Positions 35,635-49,305 of a stretch of DNA of 64,000 nt are shown here, one piece after another. Under the pieces are notes generated by a model. It worked only from the letters and a program-made list of their open reading frames with translations, was not told the DNA's origin and ran no database searches. The first letter of the stretch is position 1; each line of letters opens with the position of its first letter. The stretch comes from Lama glama (taxonomy: Eukaryota), in NCBI GenBank assembly GCA_028534125.1, contig CM052818.1:18850001-18914000 (forward strand), read 5' to 3'. Both the position numbers and the translations under genes were made by a program.

Positions 35635-37938
35635 CTTGCCAAGGTAAAAGGAAATATTTGTCACTTGTGTCTAGCTAATAAAATTGCATTAAGGAATAAA
35701 TGCAAAGAAAACACGGGTTCTGAAATGCAGCTAGGAGATGCTAAGAAATTCTCTTGGGCTGGCTCTGTCCTACCTTCTGCTTCCAAACACCAAATAGAAA
35801 GTAGCTATTCCTTTTGAAAAATGACGTTTTCCTTGGAGATCCCATGGATGCTGACCCAGAAGAGTGCAAGCATACAAGAATTCTGTTGGAGATGATGTCA
35901 AATTAAGAAGCTCATATGTGACTTCCTTGTTTGCAACGCATTCCTTGATTTTACCATGGTAATCCAGGCACTCTCTCTTCCTCTTTTCCCCAAATGGGAG
36001 TTTGGATTAAGGATTAGGAAGGAAAGGACATTGAAAACAGAGCACTAGGGGAGGACAGGCACTGGGAGTGTTGCTGAGGAAAGGAAAATAAGAATTACTC
36101 GGCTCTTAGTCACCTGACAAAAAAGAATTTTTGATGAGAGACAAAAAGCGTGATATAAGCAAGATTTTTATTAGTAAAGTAAAAAAAATAGTGAAAGATG
36201 GTACCCTCCCGAGAATTCTGGGAGCAGGTCAATCCAAGAGAGCAAAAATGGCGCCGTTCCTTTGTTTCTCTTGTTTTTATATCCTGGTTTCATGATTGAT
36301 TGATTGATTGATTGACAACTCAGGTTCCCTGTGCTCTGGCATGCCCATCCCCTTTTGGGCAGGTTCATTGGGTCAGGTTATACCAGGTCCCCTTCCCATG
36401 CGCAGCTGCAGCACTTTGGTTTTAACTGGCTTCTTTCACTGGCCCTCATTAAGAGAAAGTGAAAATTTGTGGAGTCCCTTTTCCTGAATGCAGACATACT
36501 GTTACTTTCTGGGTTGTTCCTTTTCCCTTCCTCTCCCCCTGCCCAGTGCTCATTTCTGTCTAAACTGCCTGACAGGAGGAGGGTTGCTGGAGACTCTACA
36601 GCTCTCTTCTCAGATAGATTCTCTATGATCCAACTCCTCAAACCTCTTTTCTGCTTTCCACAGATCTGAGAAATTCAGCTTTCTTTTCTTTCCTGAGCTG
36701 TTAGCACCTGCTCTATTTCTTGGTTCTCATTTTCCTCCAAGAGTGGATGTGGAGTGGGATGTATCCCTGTCTTGTTGTGCACCAAAATAAGTACACAGGC
36801 CCTTTCGTTTTAAGGGCTTTATGAGGGGCACCATGAGGAAACAAAAGGGGGAAAAAATTAACTTGAGGAAGTTATGAAGTCTCAAAAAAACTCACATGGT
36901 GTCCAGCTTTATCCTTACCTGGTACCCAGAAGTGTTGATGGCTCCTTTTCTGCTCCTGAGGGTGAAGCTCTCATCAGAGCCCCTCCTTTCTGCACCTCTT
37001 CCCTCCCTTATCTTTTCCCACAGACCCACCCCTCCTTCCCTGAGGGCTTGTCTTTCAAGATATGTAAGTACAGTTGGGTGTGGACATGTAGACTTACATA
37101 TACTCCCAGAGCCAAGGAATCATTTACTGTCAGAGTCACTTCAAGGTTGCTGTCTTCATCTCTCTTAATGACTCCTTCGTGCCACCTCAGGAGTTCTTCA
37201 CTAAGAGCTAAGAGCATGAAAACTGCAGTTGAGGAGAAGGGACATGGGGAGAGGTAAAGATGTAGGCTTTGAGAAGGCACCAAAGACACACCATAGCAAC
37301 TTTGTGGAGGGTCCTTGATTGCTGGTGTGGGTGCTAGGACATCATCTCTAGGGGAAGCATGTAATAGCCTGCTCTAAGTGGATGTACTCTGTAAATGTGA
37401 GCATCGACACTGCAGATGTTAAGGGGTGTGAATCAGAGGAATTCAGCCTGGCATAACCAGGAAGCCAGTGCTTTGCGGGATAGACCAGTGACTCACCACA
37501 ATTTGATCATATCACATACAAGGACAAAACTTGACAGCCTTGATTAGCTAAATGGGGATCAAAAATACAAGTCGTTTTTTATAGTAGGAGAGAGAGCGCA
37601 TTTAAAGTTAACTCTTTAAAGTGTCTCCAATTGTTGGGTGCTTAATTCATTCAACAAGAATTTCAACAAAGTGTAGAAACTGGAATACTGATGTTACTTC
37701 AAAGGACTCAGAAGTACAGTAACTTAGGTGTGGTTAAATCTTTAGTGATATGAAATATACTTTGTGTGAACAACTTGTTAAAGGTTGCTCATATACCTTA
37801 TTTTCTTATTTACATTTGAATAATATGGTCATTCTGTTGAGTGTCTCTTGACATCAGCAGTGATAACTGAGACTGGTCTCCTCAGTACCCTGGATTTCTT
37901 GCTTCTTCAATTGGGGCAGTTATATTCTGCATCCAGCC
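35635..37938 (-). pseudogene. Cluster of six STK31-like exon relics (37814-37938, 37497-37547, 37098-37222, 36919-36955, 35774-35882, 35635-35674)
   Basis: All have AG/GT ends, several with consensus donors (gtgagt, gtaagt, gtaagg, gtaagt). The phase-compatible join NQGCQVLSLYVI*SNC-VFMLLALSEELLRWHEGVIKRDEDSNLEV...VY-EQKRSHQHFWVP-EF matches STK31 NKSPSVDHLLSIKK...ALLRWKLVEKSNLEE...IY...QKWFPEL. Confidence 0.6.
36069..36574 (-). mobile_element. ERV solo LTR (506 bp)
   Basis: TG...CA termini and a perfect 5-bp TSD GGGAG (36064-36068 and 36575-36579). Minus-strand TATAAAAA at 36274-36281 and AATAAA at 36167-36172. Confidence 0.9.
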
Positions 37939-38559
37939 CTTGGGGAGGAAACAGGCAAGCTCAGGGACCAAATGGGTTCATAATAATTGATGAACCACAT
38001 TGAAAGCATTATATATAAATAATTATATATCTTTATTTAATATGGGACACATTTTTATGAGATAAAACTTTTATATGATATGTATAAAAAATTAATCTTA
38101 AATTTGAAAAAAAAATAAACCTACATTGGAAAAGGTAGCTGATGACACAGTAGTTTGGAGAAGTTAAAAAAAAAAAACTGCAAAGGAAAACCCACTGAAG
38201 GATTTTGAGAAACTCCAGATGGACTTGAACATGTTGATAGAGGCAGTGGGCAGCAATATGACAGATTAGGTCTGACTTCAGTATCTGTAATTTTCAAAAG
38301 GAAGTTTGAAATTCCCAGATAAGCTTAATTTGGTGAAAGAAGAGAAAAACTCTAGAATACATAATTCTGTCTCCATGGGTTTTGAAGAACTATTTATGAG
38401 TATGGAACAGCCTAAGGGCTGCATGGGAGCAGTGGACTTGTTGCTCTGTTCAAGACAGCTGGACCTTCTGTTCTCATCCAGCCATATAGAAGTGGTTATG
38501 ATTCCTTGGATGCTCCATCCTATGACCTGTTCCCCCACAGTCCCCTACATCCCTTTCCC

Positions 38560-39130
38560 TCTCTTAACCCTCTTGGGTTCTCATAGCAGTGTATACTTTC
38601 CTTCTGTGGCAGTTAACACAATTTGTAATTAGATACTCATTTGATAATTTGGTTGTCTGACTTCATCAATACTGCAAACTTCAAGAACAGGGACAAACTG
38701 AAGAAGTAATTTTGTTCAGGAATGTATCCCCAGTGCCTACCTAGTACAAGGTACCTAGTGGTAATCAATAAGTATTTTTGAACAAATGAATAAATTATTC
38801 TTTTTTTCTCTGCTTGGAATGTCTTCCTTCTTCCTATTTGGCTGATGATCTCATATTTATGATTTTCAAAACTCAGCTTGTATCACCACTCCAAAATACT
38901 GCTCCTGCAGAGGAAATTACAGCCTCCTTTCTCTCTACATCTGCTAAGCATCTGCATTGCTGTACTCAAAACACTGCCCTGCAGTTGTTTGTTTACATGG
39001 GTCTCTTGGCAATAGACTGTGAGGTCCTCGAGGTCAGTAACTGGGTATTGTTCATCTTTTTATTCCCAGTATCCAGTGGCATATAGCAGGTTCTCATAGA
39101 TGTTTGGGGAGGAAATGAGGTAATAAATGA
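38560..39130. mobile_element. L2 3' fragments
   Basis: TATCCCCAGTGCCTA...TCAATAAGTATTTTTGAACAAATGAAT; AGACTGTGAGGTCCTCGAGG...CAGGTTCTCA. Confidence 0.65.
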
Positions 39131-39299
39131 ACCTTGTGTTTTCTACCTACCATCTAAGGAGAAGCCCATTTAGGGGCAGTGGTGACCTATAGGGTTAATA
39201 GTTCAGTGAATATGCAGGACACCAATGATGCCCTGGGGAATGTTGGTGTTTCTTCCCCTTCCTTTAGACTCTTGCCACTTTTCTCCTCATTCCTCCCAA

Positions 39300-39600
39300 G
39301 GAGAGCTTCCCAGGCCACTGTGAGGCAAGTCCACAATGCAAGTAGGGATAGTCAAAGAATTTTGCTAGATATTTTCTTCCACTGTTTGAGTGATAGCTAG
39401 CAGTTCTTTCCTCTTTGATGGTGCTAATGTCAAGGGATGAGCACAAGCCATTCCTTACCACTTGCTGAATGTAGCCATCCCTAGAGAGAGTCCTGAAAGG
39501 ATCAAGTGCCTAGTTCTAGTAAGATCCAGGCATCATTGTCCTTTCAGTGATTTGCTTATGTAAGCAAGTACATTGCCGTTTGGCCTAAACTAGTTGATGT
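39300..39600 (-). pseudogene. STK31-like exon relic(s), central helical region
   Basis: LAYISKSLKG vs LQDLSVSLEA; MATFSKW* vs LKKFYDWK; ISTIKEERTASYHSNSGRKYLAKFFDY vs FTSVRSETDASLHRLVAWFQRTLKVFDL. Confidence 0.55.
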
Positions 39601-39721
39601 CATAAGGCTTACTGACTGTTAAGAGGCAGAGCTCAGTTTCTCTTCCACTGTTGGTCCTCTTTCCCTGTGCAGCCCTGAGCCTCTCCTCTAATAACTTCTT
39701 GAACAAATAATAAAGAATATC

Positions 39722-40587
39722 TGTGAGATAATAGAAAATAGGTATATTGGTCTCTGCCTCCAGTTTCTGGCACAGAGTTCCTAAAATGCTTATAATTTCT
39801 TAGGTGATAATAATAATACAAGGAACATCTTTTGTTCTAATATTTGGTCTTTGACCTTGGTTCCTGCCAGAGATTTCCTAAATCCCTAGGAAGTTTTAAC
39901 TTTTGATGGTCTCCTGGATGGGGACTGTTCACCAGAAAGACTAAGCCATGATTGGAAGCTTGGCATTTCCCATTCAGAAAGGGGAGTGGGTCTGGAAATG
40001 GAGTTTATGATTGATCATACCTATATGATGAAGTCTCCATAAAAATCCCAGAAGTATGGAGTTTTGAGAGTTTCCCGGTCAGTGAGCACATGCACATACC
40101 AGGAGGGTGGTGTACTCCAACTCTATGGGGACAGAGGCTTCTGCTTTTTGGACCCTCCTAGACCCTGTGTATATCTTCATCTAGCAGTTCATCGGTATCT
40201 TTTACCATATCCTTTAATAAACTGTTAAACTTAAGTTAGTGTCTCCCTTAGTTCTGTGAGCCACTCTGGCAAATAATCGAATCCAAGGGGGAGGAGGTCA
40301 ATCTCCAATTTGTAGCCAAGTTGTAGGGACCTACAATTGTGATTAGCATCTGAAGTAGGGGGCAATCTAGTGGGACTGAGCCCTTAACCTGTGGTGTTTG
40401 ATACTATCACGGGTAGATAGTGTCAGAATTGAGTTAAATTGTAGGACTAGTATCATAGAATTTCTTGGTGTGCTGGGGGTGGGGGGAATCCCACACATCT
40501 GGCATCAGAAGTGTCATGAGTGTGGCAGCAGTGTGAGAGCAAAGGAGAAGCACAGGAGGAAGAACTTGGTTTCTTTTTTTTAACTAC
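39722..40587. mobile_element. MER21-like LTR
   Basis: TGTGAGATAATAG...GGTCTCTGCCTCCAGTTTCTGGCACAGAG; GGGACTGAGCCCTTAACCTGTG; GTAGATAGTGTCAGAATTGAGTTAAATTGTAGGAC. Confidence 0.85.
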
Positions 40588-40589
40588 AC

Positions 40590-42420
40590 TATCCAGTTGG
40601 AAGACTTCCAGTTTTAAGATGACAGAATAAAGATGGTTCTGCTCCTCCTTTTCTCTCAAAAATTTCCCTAAAAGAATAAGAACAAGAATAAGAAACATAG
40701 AGTTTATCTTGAGTAAACTAGGAGACCACTGTGACTCTGAACCAGAGGAATAAGGTCAAACTGAGGTTCCTGTGCAGGGCCATGTTAATCAAAAGGAGCT
40801 GATTCATCCCCTGCATCTTTAGAAAGGCTCAGGAATGGTGGCACCAAGTACCTGGGAGGCAGAAGCAATGTAAGGGAGTTGAACAGGGACTGTTTAAGAG
40901 TATGTAAGGAATGGCTAGACATCTAGGTTCCCACCCATCGCTATAGTGGCTATGTTTTCCCCACCCTCAAACATGAGAGTGGGGTCTCTGAGAAACTGAG
41001 ATAGAAAGTCTCAGGAAACCAGTATAGAGAGGAGCTGGGAGTGAGGCACTACAGTCTGAAAAGAGGGAAGTGAAGACCTAGTACCAGCTTCTAACAGCAC
41101 TCCCTCTCTCCTCTCCACCTGTAGGAGAAACTGAACACCATCAGAAAAGAGACCTACCTATGCTAAAATTTAGGGATACCAAATGAAAAAGTTGGCTAGA
41201 CATCTGCTCATATTACAGTTCACCAGAAGATAAGCCCACCTTCATATGAACAGTTCCAAGCAGCTTTAAAGTATCTCATTTTAAGTTATAAATGGATAAA
41301 CAAAGATCACTGGAGAGCTGAGGAAAACCTCCAATGTGGAAGTTAGAAGCCAGAATAATAACAAAGCGGGGAAAATCTTTTCAGAGAGAAAAAAAAATAT
41401 CATTCCAAAGGATTGGGAAACAGAGTAACACCAGACTTCTCAACAATGACATTGACAGCCAGAAGCTAATGGAGTGATGCCACTAAAAGTCTGAATAAAA
41501 CTTATTTTCAAACCTAGAATTCAACACCCGCCTACCCAAACAAACCATTGATTATGTGGGAGGATAGGGCATACACATTTTCATTCGTGCAAAATCTCAA
41601 AAAGATGTTCCTTTCACATATCCTTTCTCAAGAAATTACTGGATAATACAAAGAAATAAACCAGGATAGAACACAGTGGCTCCAGGGAACAAAGGATCCA
41701 ACACAGGAGTGCGGCAAATGGTATCTCATGGCAAAAGGAAGTCCCAAAAGACCTCAAATAGACTAGGTGATGTGGTAGGCTTAGAAGTAACCGAAGTAAA
41801 TTAAATGGGATGGAGGGCTCCAGGAAGGATGCTGTCAGGGGAACAAAACAGAACTACTAGATTCTCTAACAGGTTTGGTTATGTGAAATTTATTAGGGAG
41901 AAGCATTTTATAGAACTGTTGGTAGCTATGTGGATACTTAGAATTCGTTCAATGAGATCTAAGCAAATGGAAAAACAGATGCAGTTATCAACTTAAAAAG
42001 AAACTAAAAGATATACAAAAAAGCAAATTCAGTCATCATACCCTTCTTGACTCATCAGCAAACAGTACTTTGTCATATTAATTAATACTGGATATGAGTT
42101 TAACCAAAAAAATATGATACAACTGTCTTGGAAGGATGGAGGAAAGGGCAGGGGAAGAGTAAGAGTGATAATCATATAATGAAAGGAATTTAATAGATAA
42201 TATTTAACTTGATAAATAGAGAGAATCACATACCCAGAAACTTGAAGGCAAATAGAAACAATTGTAAAACGTAGAAAAAATTGTCTCTGGATGATAGAAT
42301 GGTGGGGATGGGACAGAGCTGTTTCAAAATACTGCTGGATTTTTTAAAATAAGTGTTTTGATGCTACTTGACCTTTTAAATTATGTACATATATTGCTTT
42401 GATAAGTAAAAATTAGTTTA
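40590..42420 (+). mobile_element. Ancient L1M/HAL1-like fragments
   Basis: CAGACTTCTCAACAATGACATTGACAGCCAGAAG...AACCTAGAATTC (ORF1 C-terminal-like) in degenerate purine-rich sequence. Confidence 0.5.
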
Positions 42421-42709
42421 AAAATATCATACTGAAGTGACATCAAATTATTAGCTTGCTCAGTTGCCCACATGTGTTATTTTAGCTCTGCTCTTATGCT
42501 TACAGGATTGAAGATGTGATCAGAGAGCGGGTCAGAGGACAGGTTATGAAATGCCTCATCTTCCGAGCCAAAGAGCTCAGATTTTATTGTGCAGGGAATG
42601 GAGAGCCCTCAGGGATCTTAAAAAATTCAATAATAGATCAGACATGCTCTCTGAGCATTAGTTTCCTAGACTAGGTTGGCCTAGGAAGGATTATTCTGCC
42701 AATTTTTCC

Positions 42710-43215
42710 CCCCTCAACATTTTAGCATGAAAATTTTCAAGTGTTTTATTAATTACTAATTTACAATTTTTATTTATTTTACTAGCATTTATCATATATT
42801 ATTAAATAATTATAATTATTTAAATTTACTTTGAAAAATTTTCAGAAAAATTGATTTATACATTGAACATCCATATAACTACCTAGATTCTACAATTAAC
42901 ATTTTACTGTATTTGCCTCCTTACATAATGATCCATCTACCTATCTGTCCATCTATCAATCCATCTGATATTTTTCATAAACTAACAGACATCGATATAC
43001 TTCATCTCTAAACACTTCATCATGCATATCATTTATTAGAGGTTTTTGTAAACAGTTCTTTTGGATAAAATCTGCATACAGTGGAATTCACAAATCTATA
43101 GTGTACCATTCCAGAATTCTGACAAATGCACAGGCCCTCATACATGCAAATGTAAAACCCACACTCTTTTCAATATATAGAACATTGTCATCACCCCAGA
43201 ATGCTCCCTCATTAT
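42710..43215 (-). mobile_element. Old L1 3' fragments
   Basis: ACCTAGATTCTACAATTAACATTTTACTG; ATATAGAACATTGTCATCACCCCAGAA. Confidence 0.6.
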
Positions 43216-43599
43216 TCTGTACTTTTTAGTATCTTTGCAACCATAAAGTCCCAACAGGACTGAGTGCCAACACTGAAGCCACTGCATGAATGCGGGGAGG
43301 AGTAAGAATGGAATGTAGAGGTGGGGCTGTCAATGTAATTACCCTCTTTGATGGAGTTCCAGGAAAATGAGAGGCATTGACAGAGTATGAGAGGTTCATC
43401 TTGGTAATATCTTGGTTAAAAATACCAGATAAAGCTTTAAGATCTACTGGTTGGCAAAGCCTACACTAGATAACCTCTAAGATCTCCTCCAGCTCTGATG
43501 CTACATCTTTGTTTCTGGGGTTTGGAAAGCTAATCTTGTTTTCAGTGAATTTCACAAGTGCTTATTAAGTATACAACTGTAATGACAGGCCCAAAAGGC

Positions 43600-43827
43600 C
43601 CATGGTACATTAGCTACTACTAATGCCATCTGTTCTTAGGCAGAGTTAACCAGCTTTTGCTCTGGCTCAGGCTTTGGTTATATCTGTCTGATTTGTAACA
43701 TGGAGGTTGGTAAGTTGAAGAGCTTCTGTAATATACCATCCTTGACATCTGGTGATGGCATCTTTTACCCACTTTACATAAAAATTACACAGGGAATAAT
43801 TGTCCTGTCGTGGCCAATGATGGACAT
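43600..43827 (-). pseudogene. STK31-like exon relic (post-coiled-coil region)
   Basis: cctacag| at 43828. RQDNYSLCNFYVKWVKDAITRCQGWYITEALQLTNLHV vs STK31 RHVDISVRFGKDLSDAIQVLDEGCFTTPASLNGLEI. Confidence 0.6.
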
Positions 43828-45429
43828 CTGTAGGATTGCTGGCTAGAGTTAGCATTTCAAGCACAGAACTTTTCTAAATGTGGAATTAAGTGATCTCAGA
43901 ACTTATAGTCTCATGTTCTTTTTCAGACAAGACTTTTAAACACTTAGTAAAAACTATTTGGTAGAATTTAATCAAAACTCTCTCTGGCATGTCTACAAAA
44001 CTGTGTATTATTTTCAGAATGGTGAAGATTCAGGAGTGCCTTCCCAAGAATAGAAGAAAAGACCCAGTCAGTCAGGCAGTGAGTTCTGAGCTGCTAACTA
44101 CAACCTCCTGGCCCTGGGCTAGGTGTATAGGGAATTCAGAATAACTGTAAGAATGACTCCTAGTTTTAAAGAGAAGACAGAGCTCACTCCAATTAGGCAA
44201 ACACCCAGAAGCTCAGCTGTGTGTTAATGTCTCTCCCCTGGGTTGGGGCAGGTCCCCTCTGCTACAGATCCTGCTCTTTCTCTATCACAACATTCTTCAC
44301 TTGTACACCTGCTGTCTTAGTGTCAATCTCTCTGCCAGAGTTAGTGAGTTCTGCCCAGTTCACTGTTGGGTTCTTAGGACCTAGGCCACTGCCTGGCACA
44401 GAGTAGGGCCCCAGTGGATGTTGAGTTAATGAGTAGAGTTATAAAAAGACATTTCTGTTAAATAAAAAGCTTTAAAATGCAAGTTGTATCAGGTTAGGTT
44501 TTTAAGACCTTTTCTTTACAACATAGATATACCATTCTTTGAAAGCTTTCCTTGATCCCTGACAGTTACTTTATCCCCATAAAGCCTGGTCCCACTTCTG
44601 TGCCTTGACCCTATTATGTCTTAAGCATCTGTTATGCTATATATCACTCTCTACTGTATCTTTTTGTTTTCTTGTCTGTATCCCCCACTAGACAGAGTAT
44701 ACCTTGAGGACATCTTTGCATTCTAGAGACAACAGATATTGGTTAAATAAATAAAGTTCCTTTCCTTAGGTTATTAAAGCTGAATCCGTTTATTAAACAT
44801 ATTGTAGGCAGGATTAACCAGAAGCAAGAATTTATAGTATTTTGATGAAATTTCCCTCAATGAATATTTGTTGAAAACTGTTAAGGATAATTTATTCATT
44901 CATTGCAACTAGTGTTCCCAAAGGCCTCTAAGAGCTCATTTCCTGTTCTGAGTAAACTCTATCATCTTCTGAGATCTAATCTTTATTTCACAGGAAAACG
45001 AAGCAGGTTCTCCCTGAATAGTGGGGGTGAGTCTCGCTGAGAGGACTGTTTTCCTTCTCTTCTTTGGTAGAGAAAATTATCAAGACTCTAGGATCTCTGA
45101 AGTTGACATATGAAGGCTAATAGTCTAGAACTAGTATTAGAAAATGGTAATTACCAGAGAGGTAATTATTTAACTGGGAAAGTAGATGCTTAAGTTACTT
45201 AAGAACGTAAAAAAAATACTAGATTATACCAATGCAGATGAAATTTGGTGCTACTGAAAGCCAAGGATTAAACACTTAATTTTCCTCTTTTTTTTTTAAA
45301 AACTGAGGACACTCACCCCCAATCTGCTATCTTTGAGAGATTTCAATTAGGCCATCAGTGCTGTCAGGTAACCCTTCTACCCGTCCTTAATATATTTATT
45401 TTCCTCATCTCTTAGATGACTATGTTACA

Positions 45430-47930
45430 TTTCACGTTTCTTCTCAAACCCCCAACATCTCTGCCCCTTCTCACTCTCAGCTGAGGATCTTGCTTCATAT
45501 TTTATGTAAAAAGCAGAAAGAAGCCATAAGAAGAAAAATTCCACACACTCCCACTGTCTACATCTACCCATCCACCTATGTCTATACCTCTAGATGCTGC
45601 CTGTCCTTTAGTTACGGATGAATTGTCTGCATTCCTAAGGCCAGCCTCTGCACTTGGGCACCAGATTCCATTCCTCTTTTTCTCTCAGAGATATCCCCTC
45701 CTGTCTTGTATCATTGACTTTTCCCTCTCTACTGGATCATTTCCTCCACCATACATAGTTATTTCTCTTATCTGAAAAAAACAAACTAAAACAAAAATAA
45801 CTCTCCACCAACACTCAGTTATTTCTTCTCCACTTTGTTTGTATCTCTTCAATTCCTCTCCTTTCCCCCCCTTTTTGCCTTTGTCTATATACCTTCATTT
45901 TATTTCTGTATTTAAAGAAGAAAATATAAAACAGAGAAAAATGGTCATAAATATGGCAATTCTTATCTGAGCATTTTAGAAAAGGTAATTAAGATGATGA
46001 TAAGTAAATGTCAATTTTCCCCCCTAAATAGCTGAAATCTAAAATAAATAAATAATAAACATAGCTAAAACAGTCACCCCTCCATATCTGTGGGTTCTGC
46101 ATCTGCAGATTCAACCAACCATGGATCAAAAAGATTTTTTAAAAATTCCAGAAAGTTCCAAAAAGCAAAACTTGAATTTACTGCATGCTGGCAACCATTT
46201 ACTTAGCATTTACATTGTATTAGATATTATAAGTAATCTAGAGATTAATTAAAGTATATGGGTAGATTATATGTGAATTCTGCATCATTTTATGTAAGGG
46301 ACTTCAACATCTGTGGAGGTTGGTATCAGCAGAGGGTCCTGGAACCAAGGGGCAACAGTACTTATTAAGGACTTATATATACTAGACCTTTACTTATTTC
46401 CTTTAATTTTTACAACAACTCCGTTTGGAAACTACTAACATACCTCTTTTTATAGATAAGGGAATCAAGGCATAGAAAATTCAAGTAGTTAAAACCTACT
46501 CAAATGCACTGCAGCCAAGCACACCCCCCACCACTACACCAAGCAGCTCTTGAGAAGGTCACTACTGACCTCCACACTGCTAAGTCCAATGGTCCAATCT
46601 CCACCCTCATCTATCTTGATCTGTCATCAGAATGACACAATTGCTTACTCCTTCCTCTTCAAAACATGTCTTTTCACTTGACTTCAAGGACTCTCTTGGT
46701 TTTCCTTTTATCTATGTGCCAGTTCTTTCTCAGTCTTCTTTGCTGGTTTCGCCTCATTTCCCTTTTGACTTTTGACTATTGGAGTACTCCCAAATAACCC
46801 ATGGCTAAGGTATTAGACATCTAACTTTCACACTCACTCCCTTGGGAATGTCATCCAGTGTCATAGCTTTGAACCAATATACTCTGAGAACTTCCAATTT
46901 ATGTCATTAGCTGTATTTCTTCCCTGAACTCTGGACCTTAATATACAGCAACTGTTGGTATTTCTACATATATCTAATAAGAATCTTTAACCTGATGTGT
47001 CCAAAGTCAAAAGTCTAATTCCCCGCCTAATCCCACCCAAAACCTGCTCTTCCTACAGTCTTCCTACCTTAGTAAATGGCAGCTCTTTGCTTCTAGTTGT
47101 TTAGGCCAACAACTTGGGAATCACTCATAACTATTTTGCTTTCTGTCACACCTGATATCCAACCTATCAGTAAATCATACTGATTTCACCTTCAAAATAT
47201 ATCTAGAATATGATGACTTCAACTGCTGTTGTCCAGTCTAAGCCACCATCAGTTTCTTCTGGATTATGACAATAGTCTTCTAACTGATGACACCATTTCC
47301 ACCCTTGCCTCTTTGAGTCTTCTCAACAGAGCAGACAAAACGATCCCTTTAAGATCTAAGTTAAGTCATGTCATTCCTGTACTCAGAGCCCTCTTGTGTC
47401 TTCCATCTCACATACTGAGCATCCTAATCATAGCCTCAGACACCCTACATGATGGAAGCACTGTCCTCCTTCCAACCCCTGTCATTTCCTCTCCCAGTAC
47501 TCTTCCCCTCCCTCCTCCCACTTCAGCCACGTTGTTCTCCTAACACATGTGGCACATTCTCCCCTCAAGAACTTTGCACTTGCTATTCCCTTGGCCTCCA
47601 CCTCTTCCCACAGGGCTTCTCCTCTCCTTATTTTCAGTCCTGTGCTCAAATGTCAGTCTATTAGTCAGGATTTCTCTAGCCACCATATAAAAATTAGTGA
47701 CAGTCTTTCCCTCATCCCAACTTCCATTTCTTTTTCTTCTGCTATACCGGTCTCCAGAACATTGACCATACTCTGATATACTATGTATTTACTTGTCTGT
47801 GTATATTCACTAAGTGTCATGACACAGGGACCAAAGGGACTTTATCTTGTTCACCTCCTTATTACCAGCACATAGAACTGTGCTTGGCATCTAGTATTTA
47901 ATAAACACCAATTGGATAAATAACACATGA
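45430..47930. mobile_element. Long L2 relic with a nested MER2-like Tigger element (46071-46360) and MIR
   Basis: L2 hallmarks (GGTCACTACTGACCTCCACACTGCTAAGTCCAATGG; CCTTCAAAATATATCTAGAAT). Tigger start CAGTCACCCCTCCATATCTGTGGGTTCTGCATCTGCAGATTCAACCAACC. Confidence 0.8.
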
Positions 47931-48419
47931 ATTGTAGCTTTATTACTATGAAATATGCTATTACTAATATTGTTATGATGGTTCAGATTTTTCCTTCTTT
48001 AGCTAGCTAACTTCTGTTTACCCTTCAAGAATCTACTTAGGAATTCCAAATTCTAAAAAGCTTTCCCTTCATCTCCAAGGCTGTGTTAGGTGCCCCTTCT
48101 CCAAGCTCCAGAGATAATCTAATCTATCACAGCCTTGGTTATATGAAAATATCTGTTTACCTAGGGCACTTCCCCATTGCTGGACTGTGATCAGGGCATG
48201 GTATCTTTTGACTGAGCCTCCCAAGTCTCAAACAATGTTTGGCACAAGTTAAGTCGCCTACAGATGTTTGAAGGAAGGAGGGAGACATCCAGGAAGAAAG
48301 GAAAGAAGTATAAGGAGGAGAATGGTGGAAGATAAGCTGCAGTTTTTATTCCTAATTTTAAAAAGAGTCCTTTACAAAGTCAATTAACACACTTCAGAAA
48401 TATTGCATACTTCCTTTTA

Positions 48420-49186
48420 AAAAAATTGTAGTAAAGTTCATAGAATAAAAAACTTACCATCTTAAAAGTTTAGTGGCATTAAGTACATTTACATTTTTGT
48501 GCAACATCTCCAGAACTCTTTTCATCTTGTAAAACTGAATCTCTGTACATATTAAACACTAACTCCCCAGTTTGCCTTTACCCTAGCACTTGTGGCAGTC
48601 ACCACTCTGTTTTGTGTCTCTAAGAATTTCAGTATTCTAGGTATCTCATATAAGGGGAATCATACAGTGTTTGTCCTTTTATGATTGGAGCATTTCACTT
48701 AGCATAATGTCCTCAAGGTTTATCTATGTTGTTGCATGTGTCAGAATTTAATTCCTTCTTAAGACTGAATAATATTCCACTGTATGTATGTACCACATTT
48801 GTTTATCCATTCATCTGTTGATGGACATTTGGGTTGTTTCTTCCTTTTAGCTATTGTGAATAATGTTGCTGTGAACATGGGTTCAAGTCTTCACTTTCAT
48901 TTCTTTTGGGTATATACCCAGAAGTGAAATGGCTGAATCATATGGTAATTCTATTTTAAAATTTTAGGGGACTGCCATACTGTTTTCAGTGCAGTTGTAT
49001 CATTTTCTATTTCCACAGATATTATGCACAAGGGTTATAATTTCTCCACATCCTCTCCAACACACTTTTTTCCTTTCTTTCTTCCTTCCTTTCCTTTCCT
49101 TTTTTCTTTTTTCTTTCTTTCTTTTCTTTTCTTTTTTTTCTTTTTTTTTTTTTTTTTGATAGTAGCCATCCTAATGGGTGTGCGGT
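48420..49186 (-). mobile_element. L1MA/MB-type 3' fragment
   Basis: TTATCCATTCATCTGTTGATGGACATTTGGGTTG; ATAGTAGCCATCCTAATGGGTGTG. Internal T/C-rich expansion at 49065-49157. Confidence 0.85.
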
Positions 49187-49305
49187 GCTGCAGATTACCT
49201 TTTAAAATCTAAGTACATCTGCAAATACATTTAAGCCCCAAATTGTGGGTCTTTAGCCTGAAAGGCAGCCAGTGGTGCTGAAGTGAGCTTCTGGAATTTA
49301 TTCAC

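Noticed and set aside
37098..37222. Laminin-G-like motif RWHxxxIxRxxxxxxxVTLTVND
   Set aside because: Spacing to the downstream LamG motifs is wrong, and the colinear STK31 match (LLRW..SNLE) explains the exon in context.
43667..43864. Ig-domain-like VKWVKD...LQLTNL
   Set aside because: No DxGxYxC strand follows, and it is better explained by the STK31 DAI..G..T..L..L segment.
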